Positions 26,517 through 35,468 of a DNA stretch of 37,541 nt are shown piece after piece. A program made the translations under genes and the position numbers. A model generated the notes under the pieces. It was not told the origin of the DNA and made no database searches. It was given only the letters and a program-made list of their open reading frames with translations. The stretch lies in contig CAKORQ010000002.1 of NCBI GenBank assembly GCA_934101445.1, positions 1 through 37,541 on the forward strand, given 5' to 3'. The stretch comes from an uncultured Bacilli bacterium (lineage in GTDB: Bacteria; Bacillota_I; Bacilli_A; RF39; UBA660). Numbering within the stretch: the stretch's first letter is position 1; each line of letters starts with the position of its first letter.

Positions 26517-27062
26517 ATGGCTTTTATTTATGCTATTTTAATTATTTTGATAATAGCAGGGGTTGGGGCAATCACATACATTGTTTATTATAACGCTCTT
26601 CAAGACTGTAAAATAAAAATTGATGAAGCAGATAGTATGATTGATGAGGCTCTCCGTTCCAAATATGACATTCTTCTCAAATTAGAATCTTTAATTAAAA
26701 CTAATATTAAAGAAACTAAAATTAATTTTAAAGACTTAAATGATTTAAAAAAAGAAAGTATTTCTAACTTTCAACTAGAAAGAAAATTAGTAGATACCGT
26801 TCTTCTTATTAATAAAATTCAAGACGACTTCCCAGAATTAGAAGAAATAAAAGATTATCGTGAGTTATTAAATGATATTAGAGTTATGGATGAAAGAATA
26901 AACGCTGCTAAGAAATACTATAATAAGTACACCTCTAAATCAAATGAATTAGTTCGTAAATTTCCATCTAACTTAATTGCCAAATTTCATAGTATAACCA
27001 TTCGTAATTTCTTTGATAATAAAGATATGAATGATGATATTATAAATGATTTCAAATTATAA
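26517..27062 (+). CDS. lemA: LemA family protein
   Basis: 181 aa with an N-terminal TM helix followed by a helical domain. It contains the LemA-typical ...RINAAKKYYNKYTSKSNELVRKFPSNLIAKF. Confidence 0.8.
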   Translation: MAFIYAILIILIIAGVGAITYIVYYNALQDCKIKIDEADSMIDEALRSKYDILLKLESLIKTNIKETKINFKDLNDLKKESISNFQLERKLVDTVLLINKIQDDFPELEEIKDYRELLNDIRVMDERINAAKKYYNKYTSKSNELVRKFPSNLIAKFHSITIRNFFDNKDMNDDIINDFKL

Positions 27063-27716
27063 TCGCCAATCAATAGGTTGGAGATTATTTTTTTTCAAAA
27101 ATTCATTAGTTCTTGAAAAAGGACGACTGCCAAAGAAACCACTTCGACAAGAAAAAGGTGATGGGTGAGGACTACTAATTATTAAATGAATCGGATTAGT
27201 AATATATTGTGCCTTCGACTTTGCAAATTTTCCCCACAATATAAACACTACCGGTGTAGTCTTAGCATTAACTTTTTTTATTATATAATCAGTTAAGGGT
27301 TCCCAACCTAGATTTTTATGTGAAGCAGGACAATCTTTTTTTACAGTTAAAACACTATTTAATAGAAGTACCCCTTCTTTTGCCCACTTTGTTAAATCGC
27401 CATCCCCATGAGGAGTAATTCCTAAATCATCATTAAGTTCTTTATAAATATTTTTTAAAGATGGTGGTATGTTAATATCTTTATGAACTGAGAAAGACAA
27501 CCCCATTGCCTCGCCCACTCCGTGATAAGGGTCTTGACCAACTATTACAACTTTAACATCCTTATACGGAGTTAATTTTAAAGCATTAAATATATCTTCT
27601 TTTGGTGGAAATATTGTTTCCTTACTATATAAATTTAAAACTTTTTGATAAAATTTATTAAAATTTGGACTATTCCAAATAATTTTCAACTCATTATCCC
27701 AATCATTTCCTATCAT
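27057..27716 (-). CDS. ung: Uracil-DNA glycosylase
   Basis: 219 aa containing VVIVGQDPYH, GVLLLN and HPSPFS. It converges on lemA with a 6-nt overlap. Confidence 0.94.
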   Translation of the reverse strand: MIGNDWDNELKIIWNSPNFNKFYQKVLNLYSKETIFPPKEDIFNALKLTPYKDVKVVIVGQDPYHGVGEAMGLSFSVHKDINIPPSLKNIYKELNDDLGITPHGDGDLTKWAKEGVLLLNSVLTVKKDCPASHKNLGWEPLTDYIIKKVNAKTTPVVFILWGKFAKSKAQYITNPIHLIISSPHPSPFSCRSGFFGSRPFSRTNEFLKKNNLQPIDWRL

Positions 27717-27755
27717 AATTTTCCTTCTTTCTACATAACATATTTTACCAAATAA

Positions 27756-27771
27756 AAAGACTACTGTCTTT
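27756..27771 (-). terminator. Weak candidate terminator after rlmH
   Basis: On the minus strand: AAAGAC-agta-GTCTTT, followed by TTATTTGG. A TGgTAAAAT extended -10-like element for ung follows immediately. Confidence 0.35.
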
Positions 27772-27809
27772 GTTTTCAGTAATCTTTTTTAGCTTTTATG
27801 AACAAATTA

Positions 27810-28244
27810 TTACTTATGGTATGTTTCATTATTATTTATCTTAAAAGCCCGGTAAATTTGCTCCAATAAAACTCCTCTAAATAAACCATGGGGCATTGTC
27901 ATCTTTGAAAAAGATAACTGCATATTAGCGCCATTTTTTATATTATCAAGTATTCCATCAGAACCCCCAATTATAAAAGTTATACAACCATGATGATTAA
28001 AAGTATCATTAATAAAACTAGCAAACTCTAAAGAATTCATCTGTTTTCCCTCAATAGCCAAAGCCACAACATATTCATTCTTACCAATGTTTTTTATTAT
28101 TTCTTTACTTTCATCTTCGATATTACTATCTTTAACTTCGATAATATTAAATTTATGATATTTATTAATTCTTTTACTATAATCTAAAATTAAATCTGTC
28201 AAATACTTTTCTTTTATTTTTCCTACACAAATTAACTTTATCAT
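27810..28244 (-). CDS. rlmH: 23S rRNA (pseudouridine1915-N3)-methyltransferase RlmH
   Basis: 144 aa of SPOUT type, with IIGGSDG and the C-terminal MTMPHGLFRGVLLEQIYRAF. It overlaps the preceding gene by ATGA. Confidence 0.88.
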   Translation of the reverse strand: MIKLICVGKIKEKYLTDLILDYSKRINKYHKFNIIEVKDSNIEDESKEIIKNIGKNEYVVALAIEGKQMNSLEFASFINDTFNHHGCITFIIGGSDGILDNIKNGANMQLSFSKMTMPHGLFRGVLLEQIYRAFKINNNETYHK

Positions 28245-29014
28245 AACTCTATTATCTCCGATTTCTCATTTTGTTTAGCGCAACTAATATTTTCAAAGTC
28301 TACCCCATACTCTAAGAAAATATTTTTTATTGTAGTCAAGGCTTTTTCTTCTGTATTATTTTCATGCGATAAGTGCAATAAAATAATTTTTTTAGTATCT
28401 TCACCTATTAATTTTGCTAAATAAATACTAGCATCTTTATTAGACAAATGTCCATAAGGACCGACTACTCTGTCTTTTAGCCAAGGTGGATATTTACCAT
28501 TTAGGAGCATCTCAACATCATGATTACTTTCAAATAAATAGACATTTTTATTTCTTAATTTTGAAAAATATTTTTGATTTAAATAACCCGTATCAGTCAA
28601 ATAAACAACACTATTATTACCTTCATACAATATATAGCCTTTTGAGTCCTTAGTATCATGACTAGTTTTTATTACTTCAATTCTAATATTATCTAAATAT
28701 ACATCATCATCAAAAAGCACTAAATGTTCATATTTTCTTATTGGATTATCACATTCCAACTCACCTATCATTCCCACTGTCATATAAACATTAGCATGAT
28801 ACTTTTTGATATAATTTATTAAAGCTCCAACATGATCACTATGAATGTGTGATATAAATATGGTATCTATATCGTTTAAAGAAACGCTTAATTCCTCTAA
28901 GCGTTCCTTTATATATCTAACGTTAGTACCCATATCAAACAATATTTTATGCGTTTGAGTTTCTATATAGGTAGAATTGCCTTTAGAACCACTCGCTAAA
29001 ACACAAATACGCAT
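28241..29014 (-). CDS. yycJ: MBL-fold metallo-hydrolase, WalJ/YycJ-like
   Basis: 257 aa starting MRICVLASGSKGNSTYIETQTHKILFDMG, then SHIHSDHVG. The length and the rlmH neighbour match the Bacilli yycJ-rlmH pairing. Confidence 0.75.
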   Translation of the reverse strand: MRICVLASGSKGNSTYIETQTHKILFDMGTNVRYIKERLEELSVSLNDIDTIFISHIHSDHVGALINYIKKYHANVYMTVGMIGELECDNPIRKYEHLVLFDDDVYLDNIRIEVIKTSHDTKDSKGYILYEGNNSVVYLTDTGYLNQKYFSKLRNKNVYLFESNHDVEMLLNGKYPPWLKDRVVGPYGHLSNKDASIYLAKLIGEDTKKIILLHLSHENNTEEKALTTIKNIFLEYGVDFENISCAKQNEKSEIIEL

Positions 29015-30531
29015 TATTTATACAGTGTGATAGGATTTATTGCTTTGCTTCCTCGTTGATATGGTAAACCAGTCCAGAAGCCTAAATGTAAGTGAGTTCC
29101 AGTTACTAAACCGGTCTTACCCATTGAACCAATTCTTTGGGCTCTACTTACTTGATCACCCTTTTTAACCGCAACAGCAGACATATGTCCATAAATTGAG
29201 CAATATCCATTCGGATGTTGAATAACAACATTTATACCAATACTTGAACCACCATAACCGCCACGGCCAGCCCATACAACTGTACCACTAGCGATAGCAA
29301 AAATTGGTGAACCATATCCCGTTCCGGAAATGTCCAAACCATCATGGCTAGTACGATTAAATAAGTAACGAGTACCAAATCCTGATGTAATAATATATGG
29401 TTTCAATGTTGGCCAAGCATATTCCGTACCATCATCAACATAATTACCCCAGTTACCACTTGAAACAGATTTTTTACCTTTAACAACAACTTCATTAACA
29501 GTTTCTCTTACCATATAAGTATTATCTTTATCAATTACAACTTGTTGACTTGCATCTCCATTGATTACCTGTGTACGCGAAGCAACACGGCGAATACCAT
29601 TAACGCCCTTTGTTTGAACTAAGCGATAACTAGTATCTTTTGAATAATCATACTTAGTTTCCGTTGAATATTTTTCTTCAACATCTTTAACTATATATTT
29701 ATCATAAACTAATTGAAGCATTGGATTAATTAAGGAAATAACAACTTTATCCCCAACAGCAAGCAAATCATTTTCACTATTATATTTAGGATTAGCAACT
29801 AAAAATTCAGATACATTTAATTCATTCGCTTCCGCTATACTAGCAATTGTATCGCCAACTTTTACCGTATACTCAGATTCCTTACTATCTGTTCCAAATA
29901 GCAAATATTTACTCAAACTATCAACATCGGTAAATATTTTTTCATCAGTACTTATATAAGATTCTTTAATAGAAATATTTTCCTGAAAATAAATATTTTC
30001 AATTCTTTCTCCAACATCAACAATTTCTTTTTGTTCATTATTTATATAAGCCAAATATTCATCCTCGGGAATAAATGATAAAATAACCTTTTTTATAGCA
30101 TCTTCAAATACTTTTTCATCTAACACATTTATTTTAAACAGCACCTTTGAATCACCATTATCATCTTTATCACTAACTGTAATTGTATAACCTTTTACCG
30201 TAAAGTTTTTAGATTCTTTTATTTTATCGTATATTTCCCCAACACTAGTAACATTTGAATTGTAAGTATTTAACTTAGTTATCGAAAAGCCTTTGGGTGG
30301 ATAAACCTGGTCTACATTATATTCATCTTTAATGCTTGATTGTTCTTCATTAATAAGTGCATAAAGTTCATCTTGACTATCAATCATTCCTATTTTCTCA
30401 CCATTTAAATATACTTGATAAACCCCTTCTACTTCATCAGCATAACTTGTTTTATAAGAAGTAGCAATAAACATTGCAACTCCAAAAATCATTGTCGTTA
30501 ATATACATAGAATTTGTGTCTTTTTACTCAT
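29014..30531 (-). CDS. Secreted or anchored M23 peptidase with LysM and G5-like domains
   Basis: It has an N-terminal TM/signal sequence, a LysM-like segment (YTVKVGDTIASIAEANELNVSEFLVANP) and a G5-like segment (LVQTKGVNGIRRVASRTQVINGD...VVVKGKK). The C-terminal M23 domain contains HDGLDISG...THLHLG. Confidence 0.8.
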   Translation of the reverse strand: MSKKTQILCILTTMIFGVAMFIATSYKTSYADEVEGVYQVYLNGEKIGMIDSQDELYALINEEQSSIKDEYNVDQVYPPKGFSITKLNTYNSNVTSVGEIYDKIKESKNFTVKGYTITVSDKDDNGDSKVLFKINVLDEKVFEDAIKKVILSFIPEDEYLAYINNEQKEIVDVGERIENIYFQENISIKESYISTDEKIFTDVDSLSKYLLFGTDSKESEYTVKVGDTIASIAEANELNVSEFLVANPKYNSENDLLAVGDKVVISLINPMLQLVYDKYIVKDVEEKYSTETKYDYSKDTSYRLVQTKGVNGIRRVASRTQVINGDASQQVVIDKDNTYMVRETVNEVVVKGKKSVSSGNWGNYVDDGTEYAWPTLKPYIITSGFGTRYLFNRTSHDGLDISGTGYGSPIFAIASGTVVWAGRGGYGGSSIGINVVIQHPNGYCSIYGHMSAVAVKKGDQVSRAQRIGSMGKTGLVTGTHLHLGFWTGLPYQRGSKAINPITLYK

Positions 30532-31883
30532 TAATATTCTCCTTCTTTTTCCAAAACCATATAGTTTTTGAAATTCATCATTGTCGGTTCAAATAAGACT
30601 GTAAATTTTCCTGTACCACCTTTTCTGTGTTTCGCAATTATAATATCAGTTTCAACATTTTCTGACTTGCCGAGTTCAGTTTTAGCTTTATAATAATCTT
30701 TACGATTTATAAACATAACTATATCAGCATCCTGTTCGATTGAACCGGATTCTCTTAAATCGGCAAGCATCGGTTCATTATTTTCTCTTTTTTCAGCATT
30801 ACGGGAAAGCTGGGCTAAAGCAATTACTGGCACCTTTAATTCCATGGCCATAGTTTTTATGGCTCTTGAAATATCCGAAACTTCTTGTTGTCTAGATTCG
30901 GGTCTTCTTCCACCCATGGTAAGCAACTGCAAATAATCGATGATTATTAAACCAAGACCTTCCTTTTTGGTTGCAAGTCGACGGCATTTAGCCCGAATAT
31001 CATTTACTGTAATACCAGAATTATCTTCAATATAAATATTGGTATCAGCAAGTTGACTAACCGCTTCATTATATTTTTTCCAATCATTTTGACCTAATTG
31101 ACCATTGGTTAATTTCTTACCTTCAATGCCTCCTAGGGCACTAATCATACGATTAACTAATTGTTCAGCTGACATTTCTAAGTTGAATACCGCAATAGCC
31201 TTTTTTGTACTTTGTGCCGCATGGGTGGCAATATTTAAAGCAAATGCGGTTTTTCCCATACCGGGACGAGCCGCAATTACTATCATTTCCCCTTCATGTA
31301 AACCACTAGTTGCCTTATCTAAATCATAAAATCCCGTTTCTAATCCTGAAATAACACTATGATTTTGCGATAAGTACTCTAATTGCTCTTGGGCTCTTGC
31401 CAATACTTCATTAATAGGAGCGAATTCAGTAGTTTGGCGAGACCTGATAACGTCTAAGATATTTTTTTCCGCTGTATCAAGTAAACCGGTTACATCATCA
31501 GAATCATTGTAAGCATCTGTAACAATATCAGTAGCCGTGGTTATAAGATTACGGACAATCATTTTTTCTTTGATAATGTTAATATAATAATCCAAATTAG
31601 CCGCACTAACAACAGAGGTTATAACATCGGCCAAATATGATGGTCCACCAATCGCTCCTAAGCTCTTGGTCTTATCTAATTCATCAGCCACAGTTGTTTG
31701 ATCAATAGGTACTCCCGCATCATGTAAGTTTTTTATAGCAAGAAAAATTTTTTTGTTAGCATCACTATAGAACATATCCTCAGTAACTTCTTCTAAGACC
31801 TTACTAACAACCCTATCATCAAGAAAACAAACGCCCAAAACTGACATCTCAGCATCTAAATTTTGTGGCATTTTTCTTGCCAT
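30531..31883 (-). CDS. dnaB: Replicative DNA helicase (DnaB family; DnaC in B. subtilis nomenclature)
   Basis: 450 aa with PQNLDAEMSVLG at the N-terminus, Walker A ARPGMGKTAFALN, IIIDYLQL and ALAQLSR. Confidence 0.95.
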   Translation of the reverse strand: MARKMPQNLDAEMSVLGVCFLDDRVVSKVLEEVTEDMFYSDANKKIFLAIKNLHDAGVPIDQTTVADELDKTKSLGAIGGPSYLADVITSVVSAANLDYYINIIKEKMIVRNLITTATDIVTDAYNDSDDVTGLLDTAEKNILDVIRSRQTTEFAPINEVLARAQEQLEYLSQNHSVISGLETGFYDLDKATSGLHEGEMIVIAARPGMGKTAFALNIATHAAQSTKKAIAVFNLEMSAEQLVNRMISALGGIEGKKLTNGQLGQNDWKKYNEAVSQLADTNIYIEDNSGITVNDIRAKCRRLATKKEGLGLIIIDYLQLLTMGGRRPESRQQEVSDISRAIKTMAMELKVPVIALAQLSRNAEKRENNEPMLADLRESGSIEQDADIVMFINRKDYYKAKTELGKSENVETDIIIAKHRKGGTGKFTVLFEPTMMNFKNYMVLEKEGEY

Positions 31884-31892
31884 AATATCACC

Positions 31893-32333
31893 CTACTTTA
31901 CTAAATTTACCCTAATATTGAAACGCACCTTTTTATGTAATTCCACCGTTACATTATGAACTCCTAATGTATCTAATGGTGCGTCAATTTGAATTTGTTT
32001 CTTATCTACTTTATACCCCATTTTATTTAAGCATTCAGCAATTTGTTTAGAAGAAATATTGCCAAAAACTTTATCCATGGCCCCAGTCTTTACTTTAAAT
32101 GTAATATTTTCTCTAACAATTTTATCTCGCATTGCTTGCATTTCCTTAACAAGTTCTTCTTCTTCTTGTTTACGTTTATCAAGTTCATTTGATAATATTT
32201 TGGTACTTGTTTTAGTCGCTGCCACTGCTAAACCATTTTTTATCAAATAATTCATGGCATAGCCGTCACTAACTTCAATAATATCATCTTTTTTTCCTTG
32301 TTTTTTAACATCTTTTAGTAATATAACTTTCAT
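31893..32333 (-). CDS. rplI: 50S ribosomal protein L9
   Basis: 146 aa starting MKVILLKDVKKQGKKDDIIEVSDGYAMNYLI. Confidence 0.95.
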   Translation of the reverse strand: MKVILLKDVKKQGKKDDIIEVSDGYAMNYLIKNGLAVAATKTSTKILSNELDKRKQEEEELVKEMQAMRDKIVRENITFKVKTGAMDKVFGNISSKQIAECLNKMGYKVDKKQIQIDAPLDTLGVHNVTVELHKKVRFNIRVNLVK

Positions 32334-32360
32334 GTTTTTTCTCCTTTTTAATTCCTACCT

Positions 32361-32389
32361 ATTGTATCAAATATATACTTATCCGTCAA
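32361..32389 (-). promoter_or_regulatory. Sigma-A promoter of the rplI-dnaB unit
   Basis: On the minus strand: -35 TTGACG (32389..32384), a 17-nt spacer, and a -10 TACAAT (32366..32361) preceded by TGa. Confidence 0.6.
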
Positions 32390-32417
32390 AAAAATTTATC
32401 CTTTTCTTATGGATAAA
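32388..32417 (-). terminator. Hairpin plus T7 immediately upstream of the rplI promoter (possible second terminator of the rpsF operon)
   Basis: On the minus strand: TTTATCC-ataagaaaa-GGATAAA, then TTTTTTT. The T-run continues into the -35 TTGACG. Confidence 0.4.
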
Positions 32418-32565
32418 CTATACTTTTTCGCCATTATTTTTTATAAATTTACTATCCAAAAACTATCGTTTACTTTATGTTATTTTATATACATTTCATT
32501 GGTTTTAAAATACCATTTTATATTATATAGTAGCAAATTATAACTTTTAAAATTTAATTACAATT

Positions 32566-32590
32566 AAAAAAAAGACTAAAATTAGTCTTT
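32566..32590 (-). terminator. Rho-independent terminator overlapping the rpsR stop codon
   Basis: On the minus strand: AAAGACTA-attt-TAGTCTTT, then TTTTTTAA. The TAA stop lies in the 5' arm. Confidence 0.65.
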
Positions 32591-32800
32591 AACATATGGA
32601 ATTAATGCCATAAATCTAGCATATTTAATTTGTTGTGCAATATGTCTTTGATGTTTAGCACAAGCACCACTTTGTCTTCTGTTAACAATCTTACCTTTTT
32701 CAGTAACGTACTTTAAAATTATAGGTACATCTTTATAATCGATAGATTTTCCAGCACACATTTGACAAATTTTCTTTTTCTTACGATAAAATTCTGCCAT
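32582..32800 (-). CDS. rpsR: 30S ribosomal protein S18
   Basis: I trimmed the start to the ATG at 32800..32798 (MAEFYRKKKKICQMC...), which has the SD GGGAG 8 nt upstream. The ORF-track start (32839) would overlap ssb. Confidence 0.94.
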   Translation of the reverse strand: MAEFYRKKKKICQMCAGKSIDYKDVPIILKYVTEKGKIVNRRQSGACAKHQRHIAQQIKYARFMALIPYVKD

Positions 32801-32816
32801 TTTACATTCTCCCTTC

Positions 32817-33311
32817 TTAGAAAGGTAGGTCATCATCACTTAGTGAAACTTCATTACCCATGGCTGCATAAGGATCCATGTCTAAATCAGAAGTAACAAT
32901 ATCGTTATTGACCATACCGTTATTATTTGGTACCGCATTATTTACGGCATAAGATGAAGTATTAGAACTACTTTCTGGAATTGGACTACCACCAGCTCTT
33001 GATCCTAAGAATGTTACATTATCAGCAATTACTTCAGTAACATATCTTTTAGTACCATCTTGAGCATCATAATTTCTAGTTTGAATACGCCCTTCAACAG
33101 CAACTTGCGAACCTTTAGTGCAATATTTAGCAATATTTTCGGCTTGTTTTCTCCAAGCAACGCAATTTATAAAATCCGCTTCTCTTTCCCCATTTTGATT
33201 AGTAAAATTTCTATTAACCGCAATCGTAAATGAAGTAGTTGCATTACCAGTTGAAATTGTACGCAATTCAGGGTCTTTAGTCAATCTTCCAATTAAAATT
33301 ACTTTATTCAT
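32817..33311 (-). CDS. ssb: Single-stranded DNA-binding protein
   Basis: 164 aa starting MNKVILIGRLTKDPELR (OB fold). It has a Gly/Asn/Ser-rich linker and the canonical acidic tip DDDLPF. Confidence 0.95.
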   Translation of the reverse strand: MNKVILIGRLTKDPELRTISTGNATTSFTIAVNRNFTNQNGEREADFINCVAWRKQAENIAKYCTKGSQVAVEGRIQTRNYDAQDGTKRYVTEVIADNVTFLGSRAGGSPIPESSSNTSSYAVNNAVPNNNGMVNNDIVTSDLDMDPYAAMGNEVSLSDDDLPF

Positions 33312-33314
33312 TTC

Positions 33315-33605
33315 TTACTCCTCATCTAATTTGATAATTAAGTGTCTAATAATATTTTCATCAATAGACATTTTACGATTAACTTCTTTGATAGCATCTT
33401 TACTAGCAGTCATAGTAATTACATAATAATAACCACTAATTTCCTTTTTTATAGGATATGCTAACTTCTTTTGACCCATTTCTTTAAAGCTTTCTACTTT
33501 AACTTTAAGACTTTCAGCTAATTTCTTAACATTTTCGGCTGCGGCCTTAACATTACTTTCTTCCATAGTTGCTTTAACAATGAACATCATTTCGTATTTA
33601 TTCAT
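33315..33605 (-). CDS. rpsF: 30S ribosomal protein S6
   Basis: 96 aa starting MNKYEMMFIV and containing GQKKLAYPIKKE. It is the first gene of the rpsF-ssb-rpsR unit. Confidence 0.94.
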   Translation of the reverse strand: MNKYEMMFIVKATMEESNVKAAAENVKKLAESLKVKVESFKEMGQKKLAYPIKKEISGYYYVITMTASKDAIKEVNRKMSIDENIIRHLIIKLDEE

Positions 33606-33631
33606 TTTTTACACCTCCTCTTGGTCTTCAG

Positions 33632-33651
33632 GCTTACACTTAATGTGAAGC
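33632..33651 (-). promoter_or_regulatory. Bulged hairpin in the rpsF 5' UTR (candidate S6:S18 autoregulatory leader)
   Basis: On the minus strand: GCTTCAC-attaa-GTG(t)AAGC. It lies between the predicted transcription start and the SD GAGGAGG. Confidence 0.4.
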
Positions 33652-33676
33652 AAGGAGCAATCACTACTCGTTTTGT

Positions 33677-33705
33677 ATTATAACAAACCATCATATATAA
33701 TTCAA
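33677..33705 (-). promoter_or_regulatory. Sigma-A promoter of rpsF-ssb-rpsR
   Basis: On the minus strand: -35 TTGAAT (33705..33700), a 17-nt spacer, and a consensus -10 TATAAT (33682..33677). Confidence 0.65.
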
Positions 33706-33773
33706 GAATTATTTGTACTATTTTAGGGGTATTTTTTACTACTTTTATTTACTACAATTTACCAAATTTCCCA

Positions 33774-33798
33774 AAGAAAAAGACTTCCAAAGAAGTCC
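33774..33798 (-). terminator. Rho-independent terminator after the YfcC-like transporter gene
   Basis: On the minus strand: (TAG)GACTTC-tttg-GAAGTC, then TTTTTCTTT. The stem begins in the stop codon. Confidence 0.6.
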
Positions 33799-35342
33799 TA
33801 AGCCATTATTACAAATATAAGTAATAATATAACTAAAAGTCCAACGACAAGTTTCCAAATGTTTTTTAACCATTTTTTATAAGAAACATCATACATTGAT
33901 AAGCCAGTTACTAGAAGCACGCTAGTTGGTGCTACCAAAGCAACTAAACCGTTAATAGATGTCATAATTACAAGCATTGTTCCTGTATATCCAGCAAACC
34001 TAGCAGCATAAACAGCCCCTAAAGTAAATCCTGAATAACCAAAATCCACATGGAAGAATGAGGCTAACGCATTAGCAACCGTTGCACTAAATACATTGAA
34101 ATTAGTACCAATTATTTTATCAACTATTGTATTAGTAAATCCACTCCAGTATGAAATAACAAACATTGAATAAGCAAGAACAACAAATAAAGCCGGTTTT
34201 AATGTTTTTTTCATACCTTCAACAGCAGCCTCTAATAACTCATCAAACTTGATTTTACTAAATATTTTAACAAAAATTAAAATAATCATAGCAATATAAC
34301 AAATTGTATAAATATCCCAAGAACCAAAAGCATTAATTTTTCCTAAGATATAACCAAATATAGCATGAGAATTACCACCTACTGTAATAGTAACTTTTGT
34401 AGTTAACCACGTATGGAACGTATCAAATACATCAATTCCAAAAGCACTATTCCAAGGCATATAGCCTAAAATGCAAAAGGCAAGTAATACAATAAACATA
34501 AATAAATATGGTTTTACTTTACCCTTAGTTGCATCGCCTGTTAAAGGAACTAAATCAATTACTTCCTCTTCATTGACTTTAGAATTTTTCTTCTTTATTA
34601 AAAAAATAATTGCATTTAAGCCAATAACTGCTAAAATTAAAATTCCATAACGAACTAATAGATTGGTTGTAATTTTAACTCCCATTGTACTTTCTAAGTA
34701 GTCCAATCCTAAAGTTGATGTTGTCTGACCAACTAGGCCCATAATCATTGCCCCAAATGTCATTAGAACACTATTTAATTTTCCATAGCCTAAACGACTA
34801 GCAACACTTATTATAAATGGTATAAATAATAAGATTGGAAAACTTTGAGTAGCCATCGAAACAAACAAAGCAATTAACAAAGTTACTATAATTGGAAATA
34901 CTTTTTTTCTAGATGAAGTTTTACTCCAGAATTTAGCACTATTCTCTACCAATTTCTTATAACCATTTGTTTTTGATATAACACCATAAAATAAACCTAA
35001 TACAAGAATAAATACAACTTGTAATAAATAATAATTAGATGCATAAAACATTGATAAGAATAATTCGTTGATACCAGTTCTTGCTGGTTCAGTAGTAGTT
35101 AAATTAGAACCGCTAAATGTTCCAGCAGGAATTATCCAACTTATAACAACTGCAACAAGAATACTTATAGCCAGTGCCTTAAATAAGAAATGACTAATTT
35201 TTTTAGGTTTTGTTTCTTTTTTTGCAGCTTCCGGTTTGGAAACTTCTTTTGTTTCTACAGAAACTACAACATCTTCTTTTACAGATTGATTAGTTTTGGT
35301 AGTTTTCGTAGAACTTTTCTTTTTTTCTTTTTTCTTCTCCAT
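33798..35342 (-). CDS. Polytopic membrane transporter, YfcC / DcuC-like (C4-dicarboxylate anaerobic carrier superfamily), with a Lys-rich N-terminal tail
   Basis: It has about 12 hydrophobic segments after a ~55-aa K/E/T-rich cytoplasmic tail. The family assignment comes from its overall architecture and length and from memory only. The preferred start is the ATG at 35342, 8 nt after the GGAGG contained in the first ATGGAGG (35357..35351). Confidence 0.5.
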   Translation of the reverse strand: MEKKKEKKKSSTKTTKTNQSVKEDVVVSVETKEVSKPEAAKKETKPKKISHFLFKALAISILVAVVISWIIPAGTFSGSNLTTTEPARTGINELFLSMFYASNYYLLQVVFILVLGLFYGVISKTNGYKKLVENSAKFWSKTSSRKKVFPIIVTLLIALFVSMATQSFPILLFIPFIISVASRLGYGKLNSVLMTFGAMIMGLVGQTTSTLGLDYLESTMGVKITTNLLVRYGILILAVIGLNAIIFLIKKKNSKVNEEEVIDLVPLTGDATKGKVKPYLFMFIVLLAFCILGYMPWNSAFGIDVFDTFHTWLTTKVTITVGGNSHAIFGYILGKINAFGSWDIYTICYIAMIILIFVKIFSKIKFDELLEAAVEGMKKTLKPALFVVLAYSMFVISYWSGFTNTIVDKIIGTNFNVFSATVANALASFFHVDFGYSGFTLGAVYAARFAGYTGTMLVIMTSINGLVALVAPTSVLLVTGLSMYDVSYKKWLKNIWKLVVGLLVILLLIFVIMA

Positions 35343-35361
35343 TTTCTTTACCTCCATCTAA

Positions 35362-35389
35362 ATTATAGCACAAATTCAATACTTGCCAA
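35362..35389 (-). promoter_or_regulatory. Sigma-A promoter of the transporter gene
   Basis: On the minus strand: -35 TTGGCA (35389..35384), a 16-nt spacer, and a -10 TATAAT (35367..35362) preceded by TGc. Confidence 0.55.
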
Positions 35390-35468
35390 GTCTTTTTGAG
35401 TGAAATATTACTTCACAATTTACTTAAAACCAGCACATTTTTCTTAAGGTAAACAATTTTATTTCTTA

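Noticed and set aside
31105-31329. 74-aa plus-strand ORF
   Set aside because: It is antisense to the dnaB Walker region.
32059-32250. 63-aa plus-strand ORF
   Set aside because: It is antisense to rplI.
32379-32417. Possible attenuator in front of rplI (TTATCC could pair with either of two GGATAA copies)
   Set aside because: The best promoter (TTGACG-17-TACAAT) lies downstream of the hairpin. The hairpin would therefore not be in the rplI transcript, and it is more simply a back-up terminator for rpsF-ssb-rpsR.
35190-35399. 69-aa plus-strand ORF (F-rich)
   Set aside because: It is antisense to the Lys-rich (AAA/AAG) 5' end of the transporter gene, which necessarily reads as Phe-rich on the other strand.
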